Shown one piece after another: positions 20,683-29,426 of a stretch of DNA of 64,000 nucleotides. Origin of the DNA: a virus (Duplodnaviria; Caudoviricetes); the IMG/VR virus record IMGVR_UViG_3300033121_002193, positions 32,001 to 96,000 of that record. One strand, written 5' to 3'. The position numbers were made by a program, and so were the translations under genes. The notes beneath the pieces are model-generated. The model did no database searches and was not told where the DNA came from. It saw only the letters and a program-made list of their open reading frames with translations. Positions within the stretch are counted from its first letter, which is position 1; each line of letters opens with the position of its first letter.

Positions 20683-23412
20683 ATGAAAATTAAATTTGAT
20701 GCCTCCCAACAATACCAGCTCGACGCTATTCAATCAGTTGTAAATTTGTTTAATGGCCAACCTATGGCCGGGCAGGAATTTAGAATCAACTCCGTGTTCG
20801 GTTCGTTAAGCATGCCGCACTCCGCACTTGGCTTTGGTAACCGCCTGATTTTGTCAGATGCTAAGCTATTGGAAAATCTTCATGCCGTGCAAGCAAAAAA
20901 TGGTCTTAACCTCTCAGAAAAACTTTTAGGAGAGAGTGTCGAATACGACGCCCAAAATCTCGAATATCGGCTTACCAGCAACGCCAGAGAGAATGGCTGG
21001 TGTGTTCCACATTTTTCCGTTGAAATGGAAACGGGCACAGGCAAGACTTATGTTTATTTACGTAGTATTTTTGAGTTGCATAAAAATTATGGTTTTACCA
21101 AGTTCATTATCGTTGTGCCGACTGTGGCGATTCGTGAAGGCGTTAAAGCCAGTATTGACCTCACAGCTGAACATTTCAAAACGCTTTACGACAACACTCC
21201 ACTCAATCATTGGATTTATGATTCCAAATATGCTTCACGCTTACGTGATTATGCTGCTAGCAATCAAATTCAAATTCTAATCATTAATATCGATGCTTTT
21301 AATAAAAAGGATATCGCAGTCATCCATAACGAACGCGATCAGACATCGGGCAGGAAACCTATTGAGTTTATTCAAGCATGTAATCCTATCGTTATTATTG
21401 ACGAGCCCCAAAATATGGAGTCCGAGATCGCTAGACGAGCGATTACCAGTCTCAATCCGCTTTGTACACTACGCTATTCTGCAACTCACCTTAATCCGTA
21501 CAATGTTGTTTATCGGCTTGGACCTGTAAAAGCCTACGATTTAGGCTTGGTGAAGCGGATCGAAGTTAATTCTATCCTAGAAGAATCCAATTTCAGCAAA
21601 CCTTTTATTCATGTGCAGAGCATACAAAATACCAGCAAGAACAAGATTGTTGCCAAGTTGATTGTTGACGTTGAAGAAAAATTAGGACCACAGCGCAAAA
21701 CCATCAAGGTTGAAAAGCGTGGCGATGACCTTCATCAACTGACAAAGCGTGAGGCTTATAAAGGTTATTTCGTTGAAGAAATTCGTACTGACTATAAAAT
21801 CATTTCCTTCTCCAACGGTGTGACTCTCACAGAAGGACAAATTCACGGCGAACGAATTGATGATCGCTTGCGTATCCAAATTAAGGAAACGGTTAAGGAA
21901 CATTTTGAAAAAGAACTTTATATTTCTAAGCTATCCGAAAGCCAACGACTCAAAGTGCTATCGTTATTTTTTATCGATCGTGTATCAAATTATCGTTTAG
22001 ATAATGGAGGTAAAGGCAAAATCGCCCTTTGGTTTGAAGAAGCTTACGAAGAACTCCGCCATCATGACCGCTATAAATTCTTAGATTTGCCCTCAGTCGA
22101 CAAGGTTCATGACGGATATTTCGCTCAGGATAAAAAAGGCAATTATAAGGATTCGAGGGAAACCACTGAAAATCAGGAAGATCGCGATACTTATGTTGTT
22201 ATCATGAAGGATAAGATGCGTTTGTTGTCCTTTGCTGAGCCATTAAAATTCATCTTTAGTCATAGCGCGCTGCGCGAAGGTTGGGACAATCCTAATGTCT
22301 TTCAGATTTGCACGCTAAATGAAACACGTTCTGAGTTTAAAAAGCGTCAGGAAATTGGCCGTGGCCTCCGTCTTCCTGTGCGAGTGAATGGAGAGCGCTG
22401 TTTTGATAACGTTATTAATCGCCTTACTGTTATTGCCAACGAAAGTTACGATGATTTTGCACGTAACCTGCAAACTGAAATCGAAAAAGAAACGGGTGAG
22501 AAATTTGAAGGACGCATTAGAAATGTGCGGAGTCGCCGACGCGTCCAACTTAAAAAAGGGTGGCGTTTGGATCAGAACTTTGTTGAAATCTGGAATCGTA
22601 TTAAGCACAAAACACGTTATGCAGTTAGGTACTCAACTGAAGAACTTATCGAAAAGAGCGCTAAAGAACTATCCAAGAGCAAACCTATCTCTACTCCTAA
22701 ATTTACCATTCGCAAAAGCGAAATTATTACTACAAAGTCAGGTTTAGAGACTGAACTGCGCTCAGCTCGTGAAGAATTTATTGAATATTTTCACACTCAA
22801 GTTCCTGATTTAATTGGTTACCTTCAATCAAAGACAGAATTGACTCGTGGGACTTTAGCTAAAATCATTATTGAATCAGGACGTATTTCGGAAATTCACA
22901 AAAATCCTCAAAAATTCTTAGAACAAGCCTTAGAAGCCATCCAGCGAACATTGCGCAAGCTTATGGTTGACGGCATTAAGTATGAAAAAATTGATGGTGA
23001 TGAGTATGCAATGATGTTGTTTGAAGAACATTATGAACACAAGGAAATTTATAGTTATCTGGATCGTTTGATAGCTGTTGATCATTCAATTGTTAATTAT
23101 CTTGAATACGAATCAGAAATAGAGAAAAATTTTGCTGAGGCGTTAGATAAGCGTTCTGATATTAAATTGTTTTTCAAATTGCCTAGATGGTTTTTCGTTA
23201 AAACGCCCCTAGGAAATTACAATCCAGATTGGGCCATTGTGAAAGAAGAACAGGGTAAGTTTTTTAAATTATACCTCGTACGTGAAACAAAAGGAAAAAC
23301 AAGCAAGTCTGAATTACGCTCAAGTGAAGAGATGAAAATTGATTGTGGTTCTGCACACTTCAAAGAATTGAATGTCGATTTTGGCTGGATAGAAAATGCA
23401 GAGCAAATTTAG
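20683..23412 (+). CDS. res: Type III R-M restriction endonuclease Res
   Basis: EMETGTGKT, IIDEPQ, REGWDNPN, QEIGRGLR, YNPDWA..ETKG; ATG at 20683 with AAGGA RBS. Confidence 0.93.
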   Translation: MKIKFDASQQYQLDAIQSVVNLFNGQPMAGQEFRINSVFGSLSMPHSALGFGNRLILSDAKLLENLHAVQAKNGLNLSEKLLGESVEYDAQNLEYRLTSNARENGWCVPHFSVEMETGTGKTYVYLRSIFELHKNYGFTKFIIVVPTVAIREGVKASIDLTAEHFKTLYDNTPLNHWIYDSKYASRLRDYAASNQIQILIINIDAFNKKDIAVIHNERDQTSGRKPIEFIQACNPIVIIDEPQNMESEIARRAITSLNPLCTLRYSATHLNPYNVVYRLGPVKAYDLGLVKRIEVNSILEESNFSKPFIHVQSIQNTSKNKIVAKLIVDVEEKLGPQRKTIKVEKRGDDLHQLTKREAYKGYFVEEIRTDYKIISFSNGVTLTEGQIHGERIDDRLRIQIKETVKEHFEKELYISKLSESQRLKVLSLFFIDRVSNYRLDNGGKGKIALWFEEAYEELRHHDRYKFLDLPSVDKVHDGYFAQDKKGNYKDSRETTENQEDRDTYVVIMKDKMRLLSFAEPLKFIFSHSALREGWDNPNVFQICTLNETRSEFKKRQEIGRGLRLPVRVNGERCFDNVINRLTVIANESYDDFARNLQTEIEKETGEKFEGRIRNVRSRRRVQLKKGWRLDQNFVEIWNRIKHKTRYAVRYSTEELIEKSAKELSKSKPISTPKFTIRKSEIITTKSGLETELRSAREEFIEYFHTQVPDLIGYLQSKTELTRGTLAKIIIESGRISEIHKNPQKFLEQALEAIQRTLRKLMVDGIKYEKIDGDEYAMMLFEEHYEHKEIYSYLDRLIAVDHSIVNYLEYESEIEKNFAEALDKRSDIKLFFKLPRWFFVKTPLGNYNPDWAIVKEEQGKFFKLYLVRETKGKTSKSELRSSEEMKIDCGSAHFKELNVDFGWIENAEQI

Positions 23413-23419
23413 AAAACCC

Positions 23420-23557
23420 ATGAAAACCCAAACCAAACACCCATCTAAAAAATCCAGCAAATTGTCTGCTTTTGAAGCAGCCATGATTAAAATTGCTCAG
23501 ACTCCTAAAAAAGACGTTGAAAAAGCCATTGCTCAAGATAAGAAAAAGAAAAACTGA
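23420..23557 (+). CDS. Small basic IS passenger protein (45 aa)
   Basis: MKTQTKHPSKKSSKLSAFEAAMIKIAQTPKKDVEKAIAQDKKKKN, inside the IS near its right end. Confidence 0.45.
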   Translation: MKTQTKHPSKKSSKLSAFEAAMIKIAQTPKKDVEKAIAQDKKKKN

Positions 23558-23654
23558 AGGACTTGAGATCTGGGAATTTTTGGTTTGATTTGAATTTGTT
23601 TTGAATAGTCTGTTTGATAATTGGGTTAAACAGGTATGTAGGTGCCTTAATTTA

Positions 23655-23942
23655 ATTCAAGGATTAATAGTCGGAATAAATCCGCAAGAGACTATATGGA
23701 TTTGCACTTGTTGTAATCAAATTCATAAACCTATTGATGTATGTGCTTTAGCTCCTCGTGGATTATATAACTTGTACAAAAAAGAAAAAAGAGAAATTTG
23801 GGAGAATTTTTCAAATGCTTACAGTACATCAAATAATAATGAATTATGGTGTCTTTCTTGTGCTCCTAAGAACAAAAAAATAAAAGTAAAATCTATTGTT
23901 TTGAGTTTTTTATTTGTTTTTTTTCAAAAAAATATTGATTAG
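23655..23942 (+). pseudogene. 3' part of IS-interrupted Cys-rich (zinc-finger-like) gene
   Basis: WICTCC...WCLSC; in frame with 17596-17655. Confidence 0.75.
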
Positions 23943-24001
23943 TATTTCAATAATTGCTAACTATTTTCTTAACAATAAAGCTGAATAAATGGAGATGAAA
24001 A

Positions 24002-24280
24002 ATGTTTAAAGATAATGAAGATAAGAATAAAATTTTCAGTATAAACGAACTAAAAGATAATTTATATAAAGAACTAAATTGTAATAAAGATAACTTACAA
24101 ATAAGTTTTTCGTTTCCAAAAACACAAGAAACAAAAATTACTTTTAAAGGCTTGATTTCAGAGTTGAAGAAAGTACAAAATCATTTTTTTTTAAAAAAAA
24201 CATATCAAACCATGGAAATTAATTTTACAAAAGGAAAAAACTCAAAAGAAAATTTTCTTATTGTTAAGAAAAAAGCATAG
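24002..24280 (+). CDS. Hypothetical protein
   Basis: 92 aa, GGAG RBS. Confidence 0.55.
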   Translation: MFKDNEDKNKIFSINELKDNLYKELNCNKDNLQISFSFPKTQETKITFKGLISELKKVQNHFFLKKTYQTMEINFTKGKNSKENFLIVKKKA

Positions 24281-24289
24281 CGAAAAAAA

Positions 24290-24649
24290 ATGAAAAGCGA
24301 AAACATAAAAATCAAAAAAGGAATTTTTACAAAAAAAGACCTTGTAAAATGGTTGGTGCAAGATAATGTTCATTTAAATTTGCACGAAATAAAAACTTTT
24401 GCAACATCTTTTATAGATGCTTTAGAATATGGAATTTTAAGCGGCAAGAGAGTTTATTTGCCTAAAATTGGTATTTTTTCTTTGCAAAATTATGTTAGTA
24501 GAAAAAAATTGCCAATGGAACTTAATTCCGATAAAATAGAAACAGAACAGTCTATAAAAATAAAATTTGAACCGTCTTCGTATTTAAAAGCAAAAGCGAG
24601 AAAAAACAAAAAACGACATTTAGATCAAAAAAGGAATTTCAATGTTTGA
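24290..24649 (+). CDS. HU/IHF-family DNA-binding protein
   Basis: TKKDLV..GKRVYLPKIGIFSL..IKFEPSSYLK pattern. Confidence 0.75.
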   Translation: MKSENIKIKKGIFTKKDLVKWLVQDNVHLNLHEIKTFATSFIDALEYGILSGKRVYLPKIGIFSLQNYVSRKKLPMELNSDKIETEQSIKIKFEPSSYLKAKARKNKKRHLDQKRNFNV

Positions 24650-25148
24650 TTTACAAATAAAAATTTTAGAACAAGTATTTGATTCAAGTAATAAATGGAC
24701 GATTCCGTTTATTTTACCAGAACTCAATCAAAAAACTGGATTGGATAAATACAATATTCAAGCAGAAATGTGTACAAACTTAGATGAAACTTTTTACGAG
24801 TTTTTAATTAAACTTAATACACATCCGCTTCCAACACATCCAGAAATTCAATTTGACCATTGTTTAAAACAAGAGTTGTTAAATAAATATCAAATTGATG
24901 TTTTTGCTCAAAACTATATTGATTTTAATCTATTTTTAGTTGATGATATAAAAAGAGGAGATACTTTATATAAAAACAAATTTGAAAGACCGCATGCTTT
25001 TTTTATAAGTGCTTTGAAAAGAATTGAGTTTTATTACAATAAAGGATTTCAAGATTATAGACTTTTATTCTTTTTTAAAAAACCAATAATCAATATTAAA
25101 AATGATAATTCTATACTATCGCAAACAGATCAATATTCTTTATTTTAA
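24642..25148 (+). CDS. Hypothetical protein
   Basis: 168 aa ORF overlapping the previous stop. Confidence 0.55.
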   Translation: MFDLQIKILEQVFDSSNKWTIPFILPELNQKTGLDKYNIQAEMCTNLDETFYEFLIKLNTHPLPTHPEIQFDHCLKQELLNKYQIDVFAQNYIDFNLFLVDDIKRGDTLYKNKFERPHAFFISALKRIEFYYNKGFQDYRLLFFFKKPIINIKNDNSILSQTDQYSLF

Positions 25149-25208
25149 AGTAAATAAAGAATACGTTATAACGCTGAATTTTTTTTTGATAAAATATTAG
25201 GAGATAAT

Positions 25209-26762
25209 ATGATTAAAATACTATGTTTGTTTGTTTCTTTTTTTCCGTTTTGTATATTTGCCAATGAAGTAAATTTTCAAAAATTAAATTTGAATTCAAT
25301 TGATTACAACCAACCACTAATTATTAAAAAAGAAGACAGAATAGCAAAAGAAAGACATGATAGTTACGTTGGTTTTGGTTTTTGTAACAAAACAACTAGA
25401 TTTACAAGTGTTGCTGATTTACAAAACATAACAGATGCAATAACAGTCATGTTTGCACCACTTTTTAGTTCTGTAAATATCAACGGAAATATATTTACTC
25501 CAGTTGAAACAAAAAGTATTATAACTCAAGAATTAGATTTAAAAAAATGGCAAGATTTAAGCTCCATTGGAGACTTTAATTCATATCTTAGTTCTGATTT
25601 TTCGTTTTCTAAATTGCCATATAATGGAACAAAAATATTATCTAGATTTATTGGCTATTGGAATGTTAAAATTCCAATCGAAGGTACAATTGGGTTAAAT
25701 TCAGATGATGGCGCTTTAATTATTTTAGGGAATCAACCTTTTATATATTCTGCTGGTTTAAATCCAGGGAAAAGGCTAACAAGAAAATATAAATTCGAAT
25801 CTAGTGGTTTATATCCTGTTTATGTTTTTTATTATCAAAATTTAAACTCTTCCTATTTAGAAGTAAGCGACTTACTCGGTGAACCAACAAATAATAATTT
25901 CATGTTTGGAGAAACAGATATTCCATTAAACTTATTAGAAAATACAACTGTAATAAACGAAGATGGCAGCTATGCAAAAATGGAAATATTTGGAAATGAA
26001 AATATTTACACAACTATTATAGACCAACCACCATATACTTGTGAAATGTGTAATTATGACAGCGACTGTACTGTTGGAAATAAATGTTTATATGGTTTGT
26101 GTCAAAATATAAAACAAGTATGTGTTACTACAGATTTTTGTGGTAATAATTGTCAAGCTTGTCCAGTCGGAAGTAATGTGTGTGTAGACGGAAAATGTAT
26201 AGAATGTAATCAAGACTCAAACTGTTTTTTAAATCAGATATGTAAAAACAATAAGTGCATTCCAAAACCACCTGAATGCACTCAAGATATTGATTGTAAA
26301 TATACCTGGACGACAACTGAATATATTTGTAATAAAACATTGCTTAAATGCGAACTAAAAAAACCTGAATGCTCAATAAATACAGATTGTAAAGATAATC
26401 AAATTTGTAATTTGCAAAACAAATGCCAAGATAAAGTAGAAAATCCAATTTACAACTGCGATAAAGATGAAAATTGTATGTTAATACAATATTGCGATTT
26501 AACTTCAAAAATTTGTAAAAAATTGCCTCAAAACGGGTGTCGAATTCAATTACAATGCTTACAAAATTATACTTGCGATACTGCTGCACATTTATGTATT
26601 GAGAATAAAGATAATAAAACAGATGATTCAACAGAACAAAAGCCGAAAGCAATAGAAAACAAAGGTTGTAATCAATCGTCTTTAAATGGAAGTATAAATA
26701 TTCTCCTTGTTGCTTTTATTATATTCTATAAAAAAATAAAACATTTAACTATATTTACTTGA
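25209..26762 (+). CDS. TraA-like surface protein (signal peptide, PA14-like domain, Cys-rich repeats, MYXO-CTERM-like tail)
   Basis: SRFIGYWNV..NSDDGA..FESSGLYPVYVFYYQN..LEVS; CEMC..FCGNNCQAC..CIECNQDSNC repeats; KGC + hydrophobic + basic C-terminus. Confidence 0.7.
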   Translation: MIKILCLFVSFFPFCIFANEVNFQKLNLNSIDYNQPLIIKKEDRIAKERHDSYVGFGFCNKTTRFTSVADLQNITDAITVMFAPLFSSVNINGNIFTPVETKSIITQELDLKKWQDLSSIGDFNSYLSSDFSFSKLPYNGTKILSRFIGYWNVKIPIEGTIGLNSDDGALIILGNQPFIYSAGLNPGKRLTRKYKFESSGLYPVYVFYYQNLNSSYLEVSDLLGEPTNNNFMFGETDIPLNLLENTTVINEDGSYAKMEIFGNENIYTTIIDQPPYTCEMCNYDSDCTVGNKCLYGLCQNIKQVCVTTDFCGNNCQACPVGSNVCVDGKCIECNQDSNCFLNQICKNNKCIPKPPECTQDIDCKYTWTTTEYICNKTLLKCELKKPECSINTDCKDNQICNLQNKCQDKVENPIYNCDKDENCMLIQYCDLTSKICKKLPQNGCRIQLQCLQNYTCDTAAHLCIENKDNKTDDSTEQKPKAIENKGCNQSSLNGSINILLVAFIIFYKKIKHLTIFT

Positions 26763-26800
26763 CATAAAAATCATTTGTAGTATTCTTTGAATATAAGTTG
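26759..26800 (+). promoter_or_regulatory. Divergent copy of the early sigma70-type promoter cassette
   Basis: TTGACATAAAAATCATTTGTAGTATTCTTTGAATATAAGTTG, near-identical to the 41.5-46 kb repeats; upstream of the DUF2829 gene. Confidence 0.75.
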
Positions 26801-26861
26801 ATAGTTGAATAATCTAAACATCATTAAACAATACAAACAATAAATCAAAAGAGGCAAAGGT

Positions 26862-27116
26862 ATGAATTTTGGCGAAATATTAGAAAGTTTAAAAAAAGGG
26901 AACAGTGCGGCACGAATGGGTTGGAATGGAAAAGGTATTTTTATTGCAATACAACAACCCGATGAAAACAGCAAAATGACCGCTCCTTATATTTATATAG
27001 ATACAACAGGTCTTAAAACAGATAATATTTATTCGCCAAAAAAACTAGTTCCATGGTTTGCTAGCCAAACAGATATATTAGCAGAAGACTGGTTTGTTGT
27101 AAAAGAAGAAGATTGA
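26862..27116 (+). CDS. DUF2829 / Tad2-like anti-defence sponge protein
   Basis: MNFGEILESLKKG..ARMGWNGKG..PWFASQTDILAEDW signature. Confidence 0.85.
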   Translation: MNFGEILESLKKGNSAARMGWNGKGIFIAIQQPDENSKMTAPYIYIDTTGLKTDNIYSPKKLVPWFASQTDILAEDWFVVKEED

Positions 27117-27184
27117 TTTAGATTACAAAGAATATGATTATTGCCGGCCATTTATAACTTCTCAAAAAGACTACGATTGTCTTG

Positions 27185-27223
27185 TCAAACATGGACAGCT
27201 TTATTAAAGCTGTCCATGTTTGA
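27185..27223. terminator. Perfect 18-bp hairpin between convergent genes
   Basis: TCAAACATGGACAGCTTT-ATT-AAAGCTGTCCATGTTTGA. Confidence 0.65.
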
Positions 27224-27295
27224 TTCAAGTCTGCTGATTTGTACCTAAACAATTATGTCTCATTTTAAGGTGAAACTGCGACATAATACTTAAAT

Positions 27296-27724
27296 TCAAT
27301 TAAAACAAAGCAATAGTCTGTAATCACAGTAACCATTGATTAGATAAAAATTACCTTTTAATATGTATGTTTTAAAAAAAGTGTGAGTTTTTTGTTTTTT
27401 CGTATATTCTTTTTTACAATTTTTGCAAAATTTAGCAGTTTTTCTTGTTAATTCTTTGTATTTTTTTGAAGCTATTTTCAATTCTTGTATTGAATAAGTA
27501 GTTAATCCATAACAACTTATTATATCATGATCTATTAAATCAACATTTTCTACATTTTTCCATTTATCTGGGGTTTTAAATGGATCAATAGTTCCTCTTA
27601 TGCCAGATAAAAAACTAAAAAGCTTATAATCCCTTCCTTCATAAGTTTGATCGGTTTTTATTGTTTCCCATGAATCTTTTGAAGTTTTCTTATATTGCTC
27701 TATGATATGAATATCTACGCCCAT
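27296..27724 (-). CDS. Conserved phage hypothetical (MGxDIH..RxYxLF type)
   Basis: MGVDIH..GRDYKLFSFLSGIR; probable distant paralog of 56210. Confidence 0.6.
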   Translation of the reverse strand: MGVDIHIIEQYKKTSKDSWETIKTDQTYEGRDYKLFSFLSGIRGTIDPFKTPDKWKNVENVDLIDHDIISCYGLTTYSIQELKIASKKYKELTRKTAKFCKNCKKEYTKKQKTHTFFKTYILKGNFYLINGYCDYRLLLCFN

Positions 27725-27781
27725 AAAGATAGATTAACATAAAATGAAGAAAAAAAAAACAAATTAAATCACACGGTTTAA

Positions 27782-27982
27782 TTAAAACAAAATTGTTTTT
27801 TGTTCTGTTATTTTTCCTTTTTTATATACAAATTGATTAATTGACTTGCCATTTTCATAAAATGATTTGTACATACCTTGTCTTAAATCATTTTCTTCTA
27901 CAAAGTATCTTTCTTTTACTTTTGTCTTTTCTTCATTGTAGTACGTTTCAACTTGAGTTAAGTTAGTATTATTGTTTGTCAT
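27782..27982 (-). CDS. Short MORN-variant (YwqK-like) repeat protein
   Basis: NLTQVETYY..KERY..RQGMYKSFYENG. Confidence 0.7.
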   Translation of the reverse strand: MTNNNTNLTQVETYYNEEKTKVKERYFVEENDLRQGMYKSFYENGKSINQFVYKKGKITEQKTILF

Positions 27983-27986
27983 TTTT

Positions 27987-28208
27987 TTATATGTGAATAT
28001 TTAAATCAAATTTATATTTATAGTTTACTTTAATTTCATCATTAGGATAAAATGTAATCGTAAAATTATCAAAATTGAAAACAATGGCACTAAATTTATC
28101 TCCAATATTATACTTTGCCAATGGTTTTTTTAAAACACAATTACAAAATTGAATTTCCATAAAGTCGGTTTCGTCATAGTCTTCATAATCAAACAATGTT
28201 GAATACAT
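27987..28208 (-). CDS. Hypothetical protein
   Basis: 73 aa, GAGAG RBS. Confidence 0.55.
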   Translation of the reverse strand: MYSTLFDYEDYDETDFMEIQFCNCVLKKPLAKYNIGDKFSAIVFNFDNFTITFYPNDEIKVNYKYKFDLNIHI

Positions 28209-28290
28209 TTTATTTCTCTCTTTTTATTTTTAGGCTGGTTAATTAATGTTTAAAGTTACAATATTAAAGCTTCACCCATTCTTTGAATGT

Positions 28291-28350
28291 TCATTTAATT
28301 TTTGATTTTTCGTAGTACGTTTCAATTTTAGTTAAGGTTGTATTTGTCAT
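28291..28350 (-). pseudogene. Relic of a MORN-family gene start
   Basis: MTNTTLTKIETYYEKSKIK* preceded by AACGCTGAAATAAAAAAAAGAGAA, a variant of the cassette leader. Confidence 0.5.
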
Positions 28351-28487
28351 TTCTCTTTTTTTTATTTCAGCGTTATTTATTTTATTAACTGCAAATTTTT
28401 GCAATCATAATTCACTATTGTTTATTCATTTATGATTGTATCATATCTATAGGATGAAATAAAGATTATTCTTGTGCAGGTAGTGGG

Positions 28488-29381
28488 TCAGTTTGAAATA
28501 ATTAATTTCTTTTTGTAATTTCCTCGTTTTTTAGGTTCTTTTCTGTTTTCCCATTCCTCAACAATGTTTGCAACGTCTTCAACAGACCAAAGCTTGTCTG
28601 TAACTCCAGCCGCCATAGCAGGAGTAATACGCAAAGTTTGATGAATTCTTACAAAGTTATAATGCATAAAATAAAGCGCCATTGAATAAGCGTGATTTTC
28701 TGCTTTTTTAGAAAATGCGTTGGTAAGACGAGTGTGCCGACGATTAGCCATACGTATATTTAAATTCTGACGTTCAATGTAGCTTGTAGATACGCCTTTT
28801 TCATCAGGGTTACCTGCAATAGAACGTTTGGTGCAGCCAGTACATTCAGCTGGACTGTACTTGCCCTTCATTGATTCAGTTGTATTGCCATACATTTTAA
28901 CTAACATTGCGTAATCAATATCAGCGCCAAAAGCGCCCTCAACTGCTTCAAGATAAGCTTTCAGTCCATCGCTGGTTAATTGAATACGAGAAGCCATACG
29001 ACCAGCTAAATCTTGCATAAATTCATTTGCATACTCAGCATCACGTCCACCTACTAACCAAGATGGAATCAATTTTGTTTCTGCATCCATGGCAATCCAT
29101 GTCCATATATCACCTGCGCCTTCTGGGGCTGCTTTAGCTTCAGCGACATTCTTTTGCTTGGCATAACAGAAAGCCCAGATCTCATCGACTTGAATGCGTT
29201 TACAATGCAGATTACGAAGTTTTTTATCTTGGTACTCTGTAACGGCTTGCCCTGCATCTACCATGAACTTAATGACAGTGTTCTTGCTGCAACCAGTTAA
29301 CCTAACAATGGAACGAATTGAATTGCCTTCGGCCATGAGAGCTAAGATTTGAACACGTTTGTCAGTAGCAAGCTTATTCAT
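28488..29381 (-). CDS. IS1-family transposase
   Basis: N-terminal HTH; QVDEIW, LTSDG, STSYIERQNL, RLTNAFSKK and TPAMAAG motifs. Confidence 0.9.
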   Translation of the reverse strand: MNKLATDKRVQILALMAEGNSIRSIVRLTGCSKNTVIKFMVDAGQAVTEYQDKKLRNLHCKRIQVDEIWAFCYAKQKNVAEAKAAPEGAGDIWTWIAMDAETKLIPSWLVGGRDAEYANEFMQDLAGRMASRIQLTSDGLKAYLEAVEGAFGADIDYAMLVKMYGNTTESMKGKYSPAECTGCTKRSIAGNPDEKGVSTSYIERQNLNIRMANRRHTRLTNAFSKKAENHAYSMALYFMHYNFVRIHQTLRITPAMAAGVTDKLWSVEDVANIVEEWENRKEPKKRGNYKKKLIISN

Positions 29382-29402
29382 ATTTATTCAATATGACTTT
29401 TT

Positions 29403-29420
29403 ATGCTTAACGTCAAGCAT
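29403..29420. promoter_or_regulatory. Imperfect palindrome upstream of the IS1 transposase
   Basis: ATGCTTAACGTCAAGCAT; related palindrome at 47466. Confidence 0.45.
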
Positions 29421-29426
29421 TAAGAG

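Larger units (their letters stand above)
17656..23646 (+). mobile_element. IS1595-family transposon carrying a type III R-M system
   Basis: TIRs GGCACCTATATACTTGTTTAACCCAA / TTGGGTTAAACAGGTATGTAGGTGCC; 8-bp TSD TTAATTTA at 17648-17655 and 23647-23654. Confidence 0.93.

Noticed and set aside
23601-23654. N-terminus of ORF 23601-23942
   Set aside because: Derived from the IS end and TSD; the true 5' part is at 17596
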